A program made the position numbers and the translations under genes. The notes under the pieces are model-generated. The model searched no databases. It was given only the letters and a program-made list of their open reading frames with translations, and was not told the DNA's origin. Source: an uncultured Candidatus Binatia bacterium (GTDB taxonomy: Bacteria > Desulfobacterota > Binatia > Bin18). Taken from it: 64,000 nt of DNA. This document shows positions 9,481 through 18,628 of the stretch, piece by piece. Position 1 is the first letter of the stretch. Every line of letters starts with the position of its first letter. Location of the stretch: assembly GCA_965220195.1 (NCBI GenBank), contig CBDCPK010000002.1:42435-106434 (forward strand), read 5' to 3'.

Positions 9481-10956
9481 ATGTCCTCCTCTCAGTCTCA
9501 TAGCTCGGCCTTCTCGATTTTCTGCCTGCTGTGGGCTATTGCCGCGCTGCTGCACATTATCTGGGACACCGTCCTGCTCCACAATGCGCCATTCACAACG
9601 GTGGGGCCGCTGTCGGAGATAGTTCTTGCTCTGTCTGCTGCGGCCGTCATCCATCGTCCATCCTCGGTCCGGCGCCTCCTCATCCTGGCGGTCGTTCAGG
9701 TCCTGCAAGTCGGCTATCAGTTGCCGTATACCCCTAATCACTGGCTGCTGACGGGGTGCGTCAATCTGACGATCCTGTGTGCGGCTCTCGGCCTGAAAGC
9801 CCGTGCTTGGGCGTCTCCCCTCCGCTCCGCGGAACTCTACCGGACGTTTGCGCCCTCTGTCCGGCTTACGGTGATTATCTTTTACTTTTTTACCTTTTTT
9901 CATAAACTCAACGCGGATTTTCTCGACCCATCATCCAGTTGCGCCGTGACCTTTATCGGCCATATCACCGACTTTTTCTCATTGCCGTCCCTGCCCACTC
10001 TGGCCTCTCTCGCCATCTTTGTCACCTTGGGGGTTGAGGGCCTGCTGCCCATCGGACTGGCTCTCCCCCGGCTGCGGCTGCCGGCGGTGCTGTTGGGAGC
10101 CGGGTTTCACTTTCTGCTCGCCCTGGACATCGTGAAGATGTTCTACAATTTCTCTTCTGTGATGGTTGCGCTGTTGTGGGTGTTTGTCCCTCCGGCGGCC
10201 GCGGCTTCGCTGGCCCGGGTGCACCGCTGCCTTCCCAGGATTGTGCGGGGCACGCCGGTCTGGCGCAGCGTGGTGCGGCTCTTTTTCAATCGGTTTCACT
10301 TTCTGGCCGGGTATGTGTTGACGCTGGGGCTGTGCTGGTCGCAGCCTGACCTCAGCCTGGGGTTGAATATCGTGGGCTTCAGCCTGTTGTGGCTGGCGCT
10401 GGCCGGGACGCTGTTCGTGGCGGTGGGCTACGCCTGGAAGGCGGTCCGGAGGTCGGAGCGCAAAGAAGACACCCACCCCGGCCCCCGTATCAAGTACGGG
10501 GCAGGCTCTGCGGGCCACCCCTCCCTGCTGCTGCTCATTCCCCTGCTGGTCCTGCTGAACGGACTCGGCCCGTACCTGGGTCTGAAGCTGCGTTCGGCCT
10601 GGCAGATGTATAGCAACTTGAGCGTTGATGATGCCGGCTCAAACCACTTGCTCATTCCCCGCAGCCTGGATATTGGCGGGTTTCTGGCGGATTCGGTCGT
10701 CATTGTCTCGACCTCCGACCGTCTGCTGGACGCGCAGTATGTGCAAACGGGAGCGCGTATGCCGTATTTTGCCCTGCATACCTACCTCGCTGAGCACCCC
10801 GAGGTGGAACTTGCCTATATCCGGGCGGGGCAGTATCGAGAGATAGCCCGCGTCGGGGACAGTCCCGAGTTCAGCACCCGGCCTCATCCCCTGCTGCGGA
10901 AGGTGCTGACCTTCCGTCCTTTAGGGGAGCAGGCCGGGAAAATTTGTGACTGGTAG
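9481..10956 (+). CDS. polytopic membrane protein, possibly HTTM-like
   Basis: 491 aa with many TM helices, an NHWLL motif and a C-terminal MYSNL...SNHLL region reminiscent of HTTM/gamma-carboxylase-like proteins. Carries an in-frame palindromic repeat at 10471-10501. Confidence 0.55.
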   Translation: MSSSQSHSSAFSIFCLLWAIAALLHIIWDTVLLHNAPFTTVGPLSEIVLALSAAAVIHRPSSVRRLLILAVVQVLQVGYQLPYTPNHWLLTGCVNLTILCAALGLKARAWASPLRSAELYRTFAPSVRLTVIIFYFFTFFHKLNADFLDPSSSCAVTFIGHITDFFSLPSLPTLASLAIFVTLGVEGLLPIGLALPRLRLPAVLLGAGFHFLLALDIVKMFYNFSSVMVALLWVFVPPAAAASLARVHRCLPRIVRGTPVWRSVVRLFFNRFHFLAGYVLTLGLCWSQPDLSLGLNIVGFSLLWLALAGTLFVAVGYAWKAVRRSERKEDTHPGPRIKYGAGSAGHPSLLLLIPLLVLLNGLGPYLGLKLRSAWQMYSNLSVDDAGSNHLLIPRSLDIGGFLADSVVIVSTSDRLLDAQYVQTGARMPYFALHTYLAEHPEVELAYIRAGQYREIARVGDSPEFSTRPHPLLRKVLTFRPLGEQAGKICDW

Positions 10957-11024
10957 TCGGTGGATTGCTCGGGTGTCTCTCCTTGCCGGGCTTCACTCCG
11001 CCCGGCTGAGGACTGGCGGGCGAC

Positions 11025-11237
11025 TTACGCGCTGCGGCGTAACAGTTCCTCCAGGGCGCGGCCCTGGCGCTCGGCCTGCTCTCGCTGAGCAGCTTCCATC
11101 AAGTCAAGCTGGCGGTCACGCCGTTCTCCGCTCAGCTTCATCATCCACAAGCCTCCAGCAATCAACGCGCATTGCAGAAGGCCAACGCCAGCGGTCACCC
11201 AGACCTGCGCCCACATAGGGGAGATTTGCTGTTCCAT
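11025..11237 (-). CDS. small single-pass membrane coiled-coil protein, family member S4
   Basis: 70 aa. MWAQVWVTAGVGLLQCALIAGGLWMM, then ERRDRQLD and the tail ALEELLRRSA. Confidence 0.65.
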   Translation of the reverse strand: MEQQISPMWAQVWVTAGVGLLQCALIAGGLWMMKLSGERRDRQLDLMEAAQREQAERQGRALEELLRRSA

Positions 11238-11295
11238 ACCGCCCTCCTTCCAGATAAAGTCGACTCACCCGGCCAGCAAAAAAGAGACTCTGAAG

Positions 11296-12333
11296 TCAGG
11301 GTAAGAATACATTTTTCAACTGTGAGAGGCTGTTCTTCAGCGGTAAAAAATACAGGTCAAAACAACTGCGGTAGACCGTCTCTTGTCCGTCGCCCAGCCC
11401 AATTTGCAGCTTGCTGTTATCGTTGGGCAGACAGAATGTCCCGAAGACAACATCCCAAACCGGAAATATGAAGGCAAAATTCTTGTCGATGTGGTCGGGA
11501 TGGAAGCTGTGGTGGATTTGGTGATGAGCGGGACACCCGAACACATAAATCCATTTTCCGGGCCATCTGAGCCAAATATGAGAGTGACGCAGATTATATC
11601 CCAAGGAGTTGAACAGGAAAGAAAAAAGAGCGATGCCACAGATCGTCGGCGTTTCAGGGACATACCCGAACCACCACGAAATACACGCTCCTGAGAGCCC
11701 GACTGCGGCTCCATGGCCCAGGGCGTAGAAGATGTTATCTACCGGATGTTCTCTATAGTTTGTCAACGGATGCATGACGGGCGGAGAGTGATGAATTTTG
11801 TGAAATTCCCACAGGAACGGATTTTTATGTTGATACGCGTGTATGGCGTACGCAACAAAGTCGATGAGGAGAACGGCAAAGAGGGCGTAGATAAATTCCA
11901 GCACCCATGGAAATTCGGAGGCCGCCGGGGGTTTCTGGCCGCCTGCGCTCATCAGCCATGCGGAACTTTTCTGAAAGACCATGGTTGAGACGGCTGCCAG
12001 GAGCGCCCCCTCGTACAGAAGCACTCTGAAGGTCTGGTGAAAGAAAAAGTAGCGGACATCAAGCCACGCCGAGGCATGACTCCACACCTCTTTCGGGAAG
12101 AGAAAATGCCAGAGAGCGCTCAGCACGCTGGTGTTCTTGTCTCTTATCCTGGGGAGAGATCGAGAGAAGACAAACAGCGCGAACAGGAGAGACGTGAAAA
12201 GCCAGAGCACAAAAACTCTTTGTTCGGGATTAAACGGATAAATAAGGACGATAACAAACCGTTCAAGGAAAATTTCCCCCAGCGCTGCGATGACGTTAAA
12301 AACGCCGGATAGTGTCTCGTTCACACCGAACAT
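11296..12333 (-). CDS. fatty acid hydroxylase / sterol desaturase superfamily membrane enzyme
   Basis: Histidine boxes HAYQH, HKIHH and HHQIHH in a polytopic protein. GC is clearly lower than in the flanks. Confidence 0.85.
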   Translation of the reverse strand: MFGVNETLSGVFNVIAALGEIFLERFVIVLIYPFNPEQRVFVLWLFTSLLFALFVFSRSLPRIRDKNTSVLSALWHFLFPKEVWSHASAWLDVRYFFFHQTFRVLLYEGALLAAVSTMVFQKSSAWLMSAGGQKPPAASEFPWVLEFIYALFAVLLIDFVAYAIHAYQHKNPFLWEFHKIHHSPPVMHPLTNYREHPVDNIFYALGHGAAVGLSGACISWWFGYVPETPTICGIALFSFLFNSLGYNLRHSHIWLRWPGKWIYVFGCPAHHQIHHSFHPDHIDKNFAFIFPVWDVVFGTFCLPNDNSKLQIGLGDGQETVYRSCFDLYFLPLKNSLSQLKNVFLP

Positions 12334-12376
12334 GAGCTTCCTTGATTGAGTGCCAGGCTGGGGTATTCAATCGGCT

Positions 12377-12982
12377 TCAGCCGGCCAGGGAGCGAGCCAG
12401 CGCCGAGACAAGCGCCGCAATGGCCGCGGTGTAGGCGGTCATGAGCGTCACCATCCACTTGATGAGGCTGGTCCTGGCCGCTGCCAGGTCGGTCTTGAGA
12501 TTGGCTTCGACTTGGGCAATGCGCTCGTTCGTTGCCGCCAGTTCGGTCTTGAGGGTGGCTTCGACTTGGGCAATGCGCTCGTTGGTGGTGGCCAGTTCGG
12601 TCTTGAGATTGGCCTCGACCTGTGTGATGCGCTCGTTGGTGGTGGCCAGTTCGGTCTTGAGATTGGCCTCGACCTGTGTGATGCGCTCGTTGGTGGTGGC
12701 CAGTTCGGTCTTGAGATTGGCCTCGACCTGTGTGATGCGCTCGTTGGTGGTGGCCAGTTCGGTCTTGAGATTGGCCTCGACCTGTGTGATGCGCTCGTTG
12801 ATGGTGGCCAGCTCAATGCGCAGGTTGGCCTCGACCTGCGCCAACCCCATCCGGGTGGCCAAGTCGCCGCTGAGCATCTCGACCTGCTTCTCGGCCAGCC
12901 GCTCCGCAATAGGCTCGGCCATACCCACCGCCACCATGTCGCGCACGAACCGATGGGTGTCAAATACCAGCCGCTCGCTCAT
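12377..12982 (-). CDS. DUF1640-like coiled-coil protein with C-terminal TM anchor and 18-aa tandem repeats
   Basis: The N-terminus MSERLVFDTHRFVRDM is typical of DUF1640. Has a repeated ELATTNERITQVEANLKT unit and a C-terminal hydrophobic helix. An alternative ATG lies at 12994. Confidence 0.7.
   Translation of the reverse strand: MSERLVFDTHRFVRDMVAVGMAEPIAERLAEKQVEMLSGDLATRMGLAQVEANLRIELATINERITQVEANLKTELATTNERITQVEANLKTELATTNERITQVEANLKTELATTNERITQVEANLKTELATTNERIAQVEATLKTELAATNERIAQVEANLKTDLAAARTSLIKWMVTLMTAYTAAIAALVSALARSLAG
12484..12838. repeat. 54-bp tandem repeat, about 6.5 copies, central copies near identical
   Basis: The unit ggccagttcggtcttgagattggcctcgacctgtgtgatgcgctcgttggtggt is reiterated in the DUF1640-like gene. 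Confidence 0.9.
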
Positions 12983-13034
12983 ATGCCCCAGCATAAACGC
13001 TGGCCCGCCGGCGGACAAGAGCGCTCGGGACGGG

Positions 13035-13934
13035 TTATCGCGGCAGCAGCACTTCTTCGCGGTTCTCCCCACGAAAAATCTGCACCCGTACCGGGTTGGG
13101 GGTCGGGGGTATCGTTGCCGGTGGCGGCAGCAGGCGGTTGAGGCCGACTGGCGTGCGCCAGCCGGTGTCTGCGGCCTGGCCGAGGGGGCGCAGGGCGAGG
13201 GCCAGACTGCCTCGGGTGCTGGCCAGCACAAGCTGGTCGGCCTCCGGGGGGCGGACCTCAAGGGTCACGGTCGTGCCACCGTCCTGGGGGGGAGGGTCGG
13301 CCTCTAGCTCCGTATAGTTGACGTTCTCGATGCGACGGCCGACGGCGACCACGCGGAGGTCCTCAAGCACGGTTCTGCTGAAGGAGTTGAGCTGGCTGGG
13401 GTCATCTGATGAAACCTGCATGGTGAAAATGACATCGACCCGGTCTCCCGGCGCAATCATCCCGGCGTGGCTCGTCTCCTGGTCGACCGTGATGGTGATG
13501 GCCCGGTGGTCGGGCAGCAGAACCGCGGCCAGGAATCCGTCTTGCCCAAGGCGGATGAGCCCCGTGTCCGTCAGGGGCATCCCGGCCAGAAACGGGATGC
13601 GGGTCACGGCACCGATGACTGAAGGCGGCTCCTGTTCCTGGTCCGTGTCGGCCGGTGCTTTGCGGATATGCCCGGACAGGACGTTCTGGGCCTCCAGTGG
13701 CACATAGGTGAGGTCGCCCGCCGTGAGAAGCGTTCCGGCCGGTACGTTGCGCACGACGGCGAGCACCTCTACCGGGGGGATGACCGGCTCTGGGGGCTCC
13801 TCCACGATGGGCTCCAGCACCACGGTCTCCTCTTCTTCCGGGCCGAAATACAGCCACATGCTGACCGAGAGGGCAATGGCCGCAGGGATAATCCCCAGCA
13901 GCACAACGAGGATGAGGGTTCGATATCTGCGCAT
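13035..13934 (-). CDS. cpaB: Flp pilus assembly protein CpaB (SAF/RcpC domain)
   Basis: N-terminal TM anchor, then VLAVVRNVPAGTLLTAGDL, a SAF-like motif. Located next to the prepilin peptidase. Confidence 0.85.
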   Translation of the reverse strand: MRRYRTLILVVLLGIIPAAIALSVSMWLYFGPEEEETVVLEPIVEEPPEPVIPPVEVLAVVRNVPAGTLLTAGDLTYVPLEAQNVLSGHIRKAPADTDQEQEPPSVIGAVTRIPFLAGMPLTDTGLIRLGQDGFLAAVLLPDHRAITITVDQETSHAGMIAPGDRVDVIFTMQVSSDDPSQLNSFSRTVLEDLRVVAVGRRIENVNYTELEADPPPQDGGTTVTLEVRPPEADQLVLASTRGSLALALRPLGQAADTGWRTPVGLNRLLPPPATIPPTPNPVRVQIFRGENREEVLLPR

Positions 13935-13948
13935 CTGTGCTCACTTCC

Positions 13949-14395
13949 TCATATGGAAAAAGCCCGCAGTGCCAGAAGCGCGATAGCCGGCGGGGCAATC
14001 GCAACCGCAAAAGGCAGGTTGGAGCGCAGCCGGCGGGTCTGCTCGAAGGGCAGCAGGGCAAACAGCGCGAGGCAAAGGCTGAGCAAGCCCAGACCGACCA
14101 GAAAGGGTGTCAGGTCGTGCGGGCCGACCCACAAACCGGCAACGGCCATGAGCTTGCCGTCGCCCCCGCCGAACCCGCCGAAGGCGAAGAGGGTAAACCC
14201 CACCAGCAGCAGAACCGCCCCGATGGCGATATGGGTCCACACCGACGCCAGATGACCGATGGTCAGCGTGTAGAGGACGAACAGGAGCAGCAGGGCGAGT
14301 GGAATAGTATCCGGAATCCAGCGGCCGGTCAGGTCGGAAATGACGGCCACCCCGAAGAGCACACAACCCAGAAGCAAGAGGCAGGATTCGAGCAT
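13949..14395 (-). CDS. cpaA: A24-family prepilin peptidase CpaA
   Basis: Small polytopic protein with GGGDGKLMAVAGLW. The ATG at 14395 avoids overlap with tetR. Confidence 0.8.
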   Translation of the reverse strand: MLESCLLLLGCVLFGVAVISDLTGRWIPDTIPLALLLLFVLYTLTIGHLASVWTHIAIGAVLLLVGFTLFAFGGFGGGDGKLMAVAGLWVGPHDLTPFLVGLGLLSLCLALFALLPFEQTRRLRSNLPFAVAIAPPAIALLALRAFSI

Positions 14396-14417
14396 GGTGC
14401 TGTGCTCCACCGGCATT

Positions 14418-15059
14418 CTACAAGTGTGCAAGACGCGCTCGCTCCGAGGCCTCTTGCTGAGGCGCAGGCCGCAGTCCGGAGAATACCCGCAGTAGCACCT
14501 CAGTCACTTCTTCTTGGGTCCGGGCTGTGTCATCAGGGTCAGCCTGAGCGATATACATGCCTGCTTCGAATACTCCCGCCCATAGGATCGCGCTCAATGG
14601 GCCAACTGGCATCTGTTCGATCTCGCCAGTATCCATAAACTGTGTGAGTGTATTACGCATGAATACCAGGCCAGGCGCATTATCTCGCACGGCATCCAAG
14701 CCCAGCACGGCCGGGCCATCAACAAATACGATCCTCTGTGTGACCGGGTCCTGCATGTTCTCTATAAAAGCTGCGAGACCTGTCAGCACAAACTTCTGCC
14801 ATATGCCTCCCTCATTTGCCTGTATGTTCTCCATAATGAATTGAACACGCTCCATCCTGACTTCCTCAAAGACCGCCCTGAAGATATCAGCCTTATCGCG
14901 ATAGTGATAATACAACGCGCCTCGGGTCATGTTTGCTTGCTGCACGATCTCCTCGGTCGAGGTGCCGGCATATCCGCTCTCGGCAAAGAGTCTTCGCGCG
15001 GTATCCAGTAAAACTCTTCGGGTTCTTTGGGACTGCTCAATTTTCGATACTCCTGGCAT
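14418..15059 (-). CDS. TetR/AcrR family transcriptional regulator
   Basis: N-terminal HTH: LLDTARRLFAESGYAGTSTEEIVQQANMTRGALYYHY. Confidence 0.9.
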   Translation of the reverse strand: MPGVSKIEQSQRTRRVLLDTARRLFAESGYAGTSTEEIVQQANMTRGALYYHYRDKADIFRAVFEEVRMERVQFIMENIQANEGGIWQKFVLTGLAAFIENMQDPVTQRIVFVDGPAVLGLDAVRDNAPGLVFMRNTLTQFMDTGEIEQMPVGPLSAILWAGVFEAGMYIAQADPDDTARTQEEVTEVLLRVFSGLRPAPQQEASERARLAHL

Positions 15060-15212
15060 GGTGAACCCCCTCCAACACTATATGCTGCCAGACCATAAGG
15101 ATAACAAATAGCATACAACCAAGCTGTATACCAACGGGAAATCCGCACGGACATGATGTATCCTATCACTGCCGGGTCACGTCCAATATGATGAGAGCGG
15201 AACGGGAGGGCT

Positions 15213-16793
15213 ATGATATTCAGCATTGATCTCCGCTCATTGGCCGTTTTTCGTATGGCTCTTGGCGGACTGTTGCTTGTCGACCTAGCCTCCCGCGCCC
15301 GAGACCTGGGTGCGCATTACACGGACTGGGGGGTGCTGCCGCGCAATGTCCTCATTCCGCATCTGTCGGACCCCTTGCCGTTCTCGGTGCATCTTGTCAG
15401 CGGTTCCGCCTTCGGCCAAGCCCTCATTTTCCTCATCGCCGGCGTCTTTGCGCTGGCACTGCTGGTCGGTTTCCGTACGCCGCTGGTAACGGTGGTCTCA
15501 TGGCTGTTGCTGCTCTCGGTTCAGGCCAGAAATCCCAGGGTGTTGCACGACAGCGACGTGCTGCTGCGGCTCCTCTTGTTCTGGGGGATGTTTGTTCCCT
15601 TAGGGGGGCGCTACTCGCTCGATAGTCTGATCGGGCGGGCCGGGAATGGCGAGTCTCCGCTGCCGACCAGCGTATGTTCGGTGGGGACGGCGGCGCTGCT
15701 GATCCAGGTCTGTCTGGTGTACTGGTGTACGGCGGCCCTGAAATCGTGGGAGGTGTGGTGGGTCGAGGGCAGTGCGGTGTACTATGCTCTCAGTATTGAC
15801 CAAGTTGTCACTCCCTTCGGTCTGTGGGTGCTGGGGTTTCCTGACCTGCTGGTCCTGTTGAGTCGAGCTGTTATCGTACTGGAGTTCCTCGGCTCCTGTC
15901 TGGTATTTGTGCCTTTTTGTACGCCTTGGCTCCGGCTTTTTGTGGTTGGAGCGTTTTTCTGTTTTCACTTCGGGCTGACACTCTGTATGAGCATTGGCCT
16001 TTTTCCGTATATCAGCATGGTCAGTTGGCTCGTGTTCGTACCGGGTCTGGTGTGGGAGCGTGGATTATCCCTGCTTCCGGGAACGGTACGGCGACGCCTC
16101 GTTGCTGCGTCACATGCGAGCAGTGCCGGTCGCGCTTGCCCCTCACTCACAGGCGCGATGCAAGAATGCACCCACCCCGGCCCTTCGGACTACCGAGGGG
16201 ATGGGGTGGGTGCTCTACGCTCGGTGCCGCCGCTTCGGTCTTCTCGTTTGGCTCAGGTGTTGGCGGTGGTTTTCCTGGTCTGCGTTGTGTTGTGGAATCT
16301 GTGTGGTTTTGCGGCGGTGACGCCCTATGTTCGCCCCATTTTTCCGTCTTCCGCCGCCCTTGTTGTCCATCTCCTGCGCCTCGATCAGTACTGGAATATG
16401 TTTTCTCCCTATCCGCCCAAGAAGGATGGCTGGTTTGTCATGCCCGGAACGTTTCAGGATAGAAGCCAGGTCGATCTGTGGACAGGCCAGCGCGTGGTGC
16501 GGTGGGAGAAGCCCCTCAGTATAGCCGCCCAGTATCCCAACGACCGGTGGTGGAAATTCATGGAAAGTATCTATCCGGTAGAACGGGAGCGAGAAGTCGC
16601 GCTTGCCGCCTATGCCGGCTATGTGTGTCGGGATTGGAACGCCCGTCACGATGGCCCGGAGCAACTTGAGATCTTCCAGGTTTTTTATATGGAGGAAACA
16701 ACCCTGCCCGATTATCAATATGTTCCGCCCGAGAAGAAGCTGCTGGGGGAGTATGCCTGCGGCGAGCATTTCAGGACGAACGATGAGAGCTGA
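15213..16793 (+). CDS. HTTM domain (SdpB / vitamin K-dependent gamma-carboxylase-like) membrane protein
   Basis: The N-terminus DLRSLAVFRMALGGLLLVDL plus multiple TM helices match HTTM. Divergent from tetR. Carries an in-frame inverted-repeat insertion at 16168-16213. Confidence 0.8.
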   Translation: MIFSIDLRSLAVFRMALGGLLLVDLASRARDLGAHYTDWGVLPRNVLIPHLSDPLPFSVHLVSGSAFGQALIFLIAGVFALALLVGFRTPLVTVVSWLLLLSVQARNPRVLHDSDVLLRLLLFWGMFVPLGGRYSLDSLIGRAGNGESPLPTSVCSVGTAALLIQVCLVYWCTAALKSWEVWWVEGSAVYYALSIDQVVTPFGLWVLGFPDLLVLLSRAVIVLEFLGSCLVFVPFCTPWLRLFVVGAFFCFHFGLTLCMSIGLFPYISMVSWLVFVPGLVWERGLSLLPGTVRRRLVAASHASSAGRACPSLTGAMQECTHPGPSDYRGDGVGALRSVPPLRSSRLAQVLAVVFLVCVVLWNLCGFAAVTPYVRPIFPSSAALVVHLLRLDQYWNMFSPYPPKKDGWFVMPGTFQDRSQVDLWTGQRVVRWEKPLSIAAQYPNDRWWKFMESIYPVEREREVALAAYAGYVCRDWNARHDGPEQLEIFQVFYMEETTLPDYQYVPPEKKLLGEYACGEHFRTNDES

Positions 16794-16939
16794 CGTGTGC
16801 GCTCGTATTTCCGGGAAGTCCCAACGGCTCGCTTGCGCGACGCCTGAAACATGATACGTTGATGTGGGAGGGGAACTGACGCCGAGCAGAATGGTCGGGG
16901 TTGAAACCACAGCAGCCGACAAGGATTCGGGGAGCGAAG

Positions 16940-17176
16940 ATGGGGTTCATGGCAAGCGAAGTGTACGACGCCCTGATTGAGGCGGGTGCCTCGGAGGCCA
17001 AGGCCAGGGCTGCGGCCGAGGTCATTCCGATCAGCCACGAGTTGGCGACCAAGGCGGACATCGCTGAAATCAAGGCGGACATCGCTGAAATCAAGGTTTT
17101 CGTGATGAAGGTCGGAATCACGATTGCCGGCCTTGCGGTTCTGCTGAACAGGTTCCTGGATTGGGTGATCCGCTAG
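16940..17176 (+). CDS. small DUF1640-like coiled-coil protein with C-terminal TM helix
   Basis: MGFMASEVYDALIEAGASEAKARAAAE, then ADIAEIK x2 (21-bp duplication at 17054-17095), then VGITIAGLAVLL. GGAG lies 5 nt upstream of the ATG. Confidence 0.55.
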   Translation: MGFMASEVYDALIEAGASEAKARAAAEVIPISHELATKADIAEIKADIAEIKVFVMKVGITIAGLAVLLNRFLDWVIR

Positions 17177-17197
17177 GCATTCTGCGCTCCCGTAGTC

Positions 17198-17917
17198 TCA
17201 CGCCAATTCACGCTTATAGACGCTGATCGCCCGCTTTCGTTCGGGGGCATAGGCATGCCATTTTGTTGCCGGGACTGCGTCCGGCGTGACCTGAAGAAAC
17301 TCAAACCGCTCAAAAAGCCTTCGTGCGCCCTCCTGGTTGGTACAGGCAAAGAGATAGGCAAGGCCGCGTGCCTGCCCTTCAGTGATCGCCTTCCCGACCA
17401 GACGGCTGCCAATTCCTTCGCCGTGGAATCGCCTGAGGGTGTAGAGTCCGGCTATTTCTCCTGCATTATCATCGGCGTACGGCAAGAGAGCGCACAACCC
17501 AACGAGGTCGCGCTCTGTACCAAGCCGCGCACCATAACCGTGCAACAACAACTGGCTGATCTCGGAGGGGGTTCGTTTTTTAAGCGCGCCTTCCTGTTCG
17601 CCCCGCTGTATGAGCCGCTCGGCCTCAGGGAAATCGTCGAGGGCTAATCGTTCCGCCTGACAGTAGTCTGTCAGCGTAAAAAACGTCCCACACCCCTCGT
17701 AGGTAAAGAGTTCCTTTGCCAGGCTCGCCGGCGAGCACAGCGAGACTGAAGCAACGCCACCCTCCAAGGCTAAACGCGCGGTCTCAAGCTGCCGGTGCCG
17801 CTCGTGAGGTATCTCCCCACGCGCGCCGTGCGTCTGCAACTCTTCCAAGTGGGAACCGTTCAGAAAGGATAACGGTGCTCCGCTGGTCGTTAATCCACCC
17901 TGCGGGTCCAGGATCAC
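17198..17917 (-). pseudogene. N-acetylglutamate synthase-like gene (kinase-domain C-terminus plus GNAT), 5' truncated
   Basis: The C-terminal GNAT region (GEIAGLYTLRRFHGEGIGSRLV) is preceded by only the tail of an amino-acid-kinase fold. The frame runs open into the integrase fragment without a plausible start. Confidence 0.6.
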
Positions 17918-17984
17918 CAGCTTATAGACGGTGAGGCGATTGGCGAGTTGTCGCGCGTTCTGAAGAGCTGGCAGGCGGGCCTGG

Positions 17985-18607
17985 GCTGGCCACCGTGAAG
18001 CAGAATCTAGCCGCCTTGCGCCAGCTCTTTGACTGGCTCGTCGTGGGCCAGGTGCTCCCCAGCAATCCGGCCGCGGCGGTGCGCGGACCGAAACAGGTGG
18101 TGAAAACGGGCAAGACCCCCCGTGTTGACGGCGGAAGAAGCGCGGGGCCTGCTCGACAGTATCGACTCGTCAACGCTCATCGGGCTGCGGGACCGGGCGT
18201 TGCTGGGGCTGATGGTGTACGGCTTCGCGCGTATCAGCGCGGCGCTGGCGATGCGGGTGGAGGACTATTACACCCAGGGCAAGCGGTCTTTTTTTCGGTT
18301 GCACGAGAAGGGCGGCAAGTATCTGGTCATTCCCGCGCACCATAGGGCGCAGGCCTGGACGGATGCATACATCGCCCGGGCCGACGCGTTGGCGATGATA
18401 AAGCGACGGGCGGGCCGCGCGGGGTTGCCGGCGAAGATCTGCGCCCACAGCTTCCGGGGGACGGGCATTACGGAATATCTGCGGGCGGGCGGGACGCTGG
18501 AGACGGCGGCGCGGATTGCCGGGCATGAATCGACGCGCACGACGCAGCTCTACAACCGCTTAGAGGATGAAGTCTCTTTAGACGAGATCGAGCGGATACA
18601 TATCTAA
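17985..18607 (+). pseudogene. tyrosine recombinase pseudogene (5' truncated, frameshifted, internal deletion); paralog of int at 47759
   Basis: Aligns with int 47759..48751 from PATVKQNLAALRQLFDWLVVGQVL onward. An extra C near 18120 shifts the frame. About 30 codons are missing after TDAYI. Confidence 0.8.
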
Positions 18608-18628
18608 CGGATTGCGGGAGAGAGCGGG

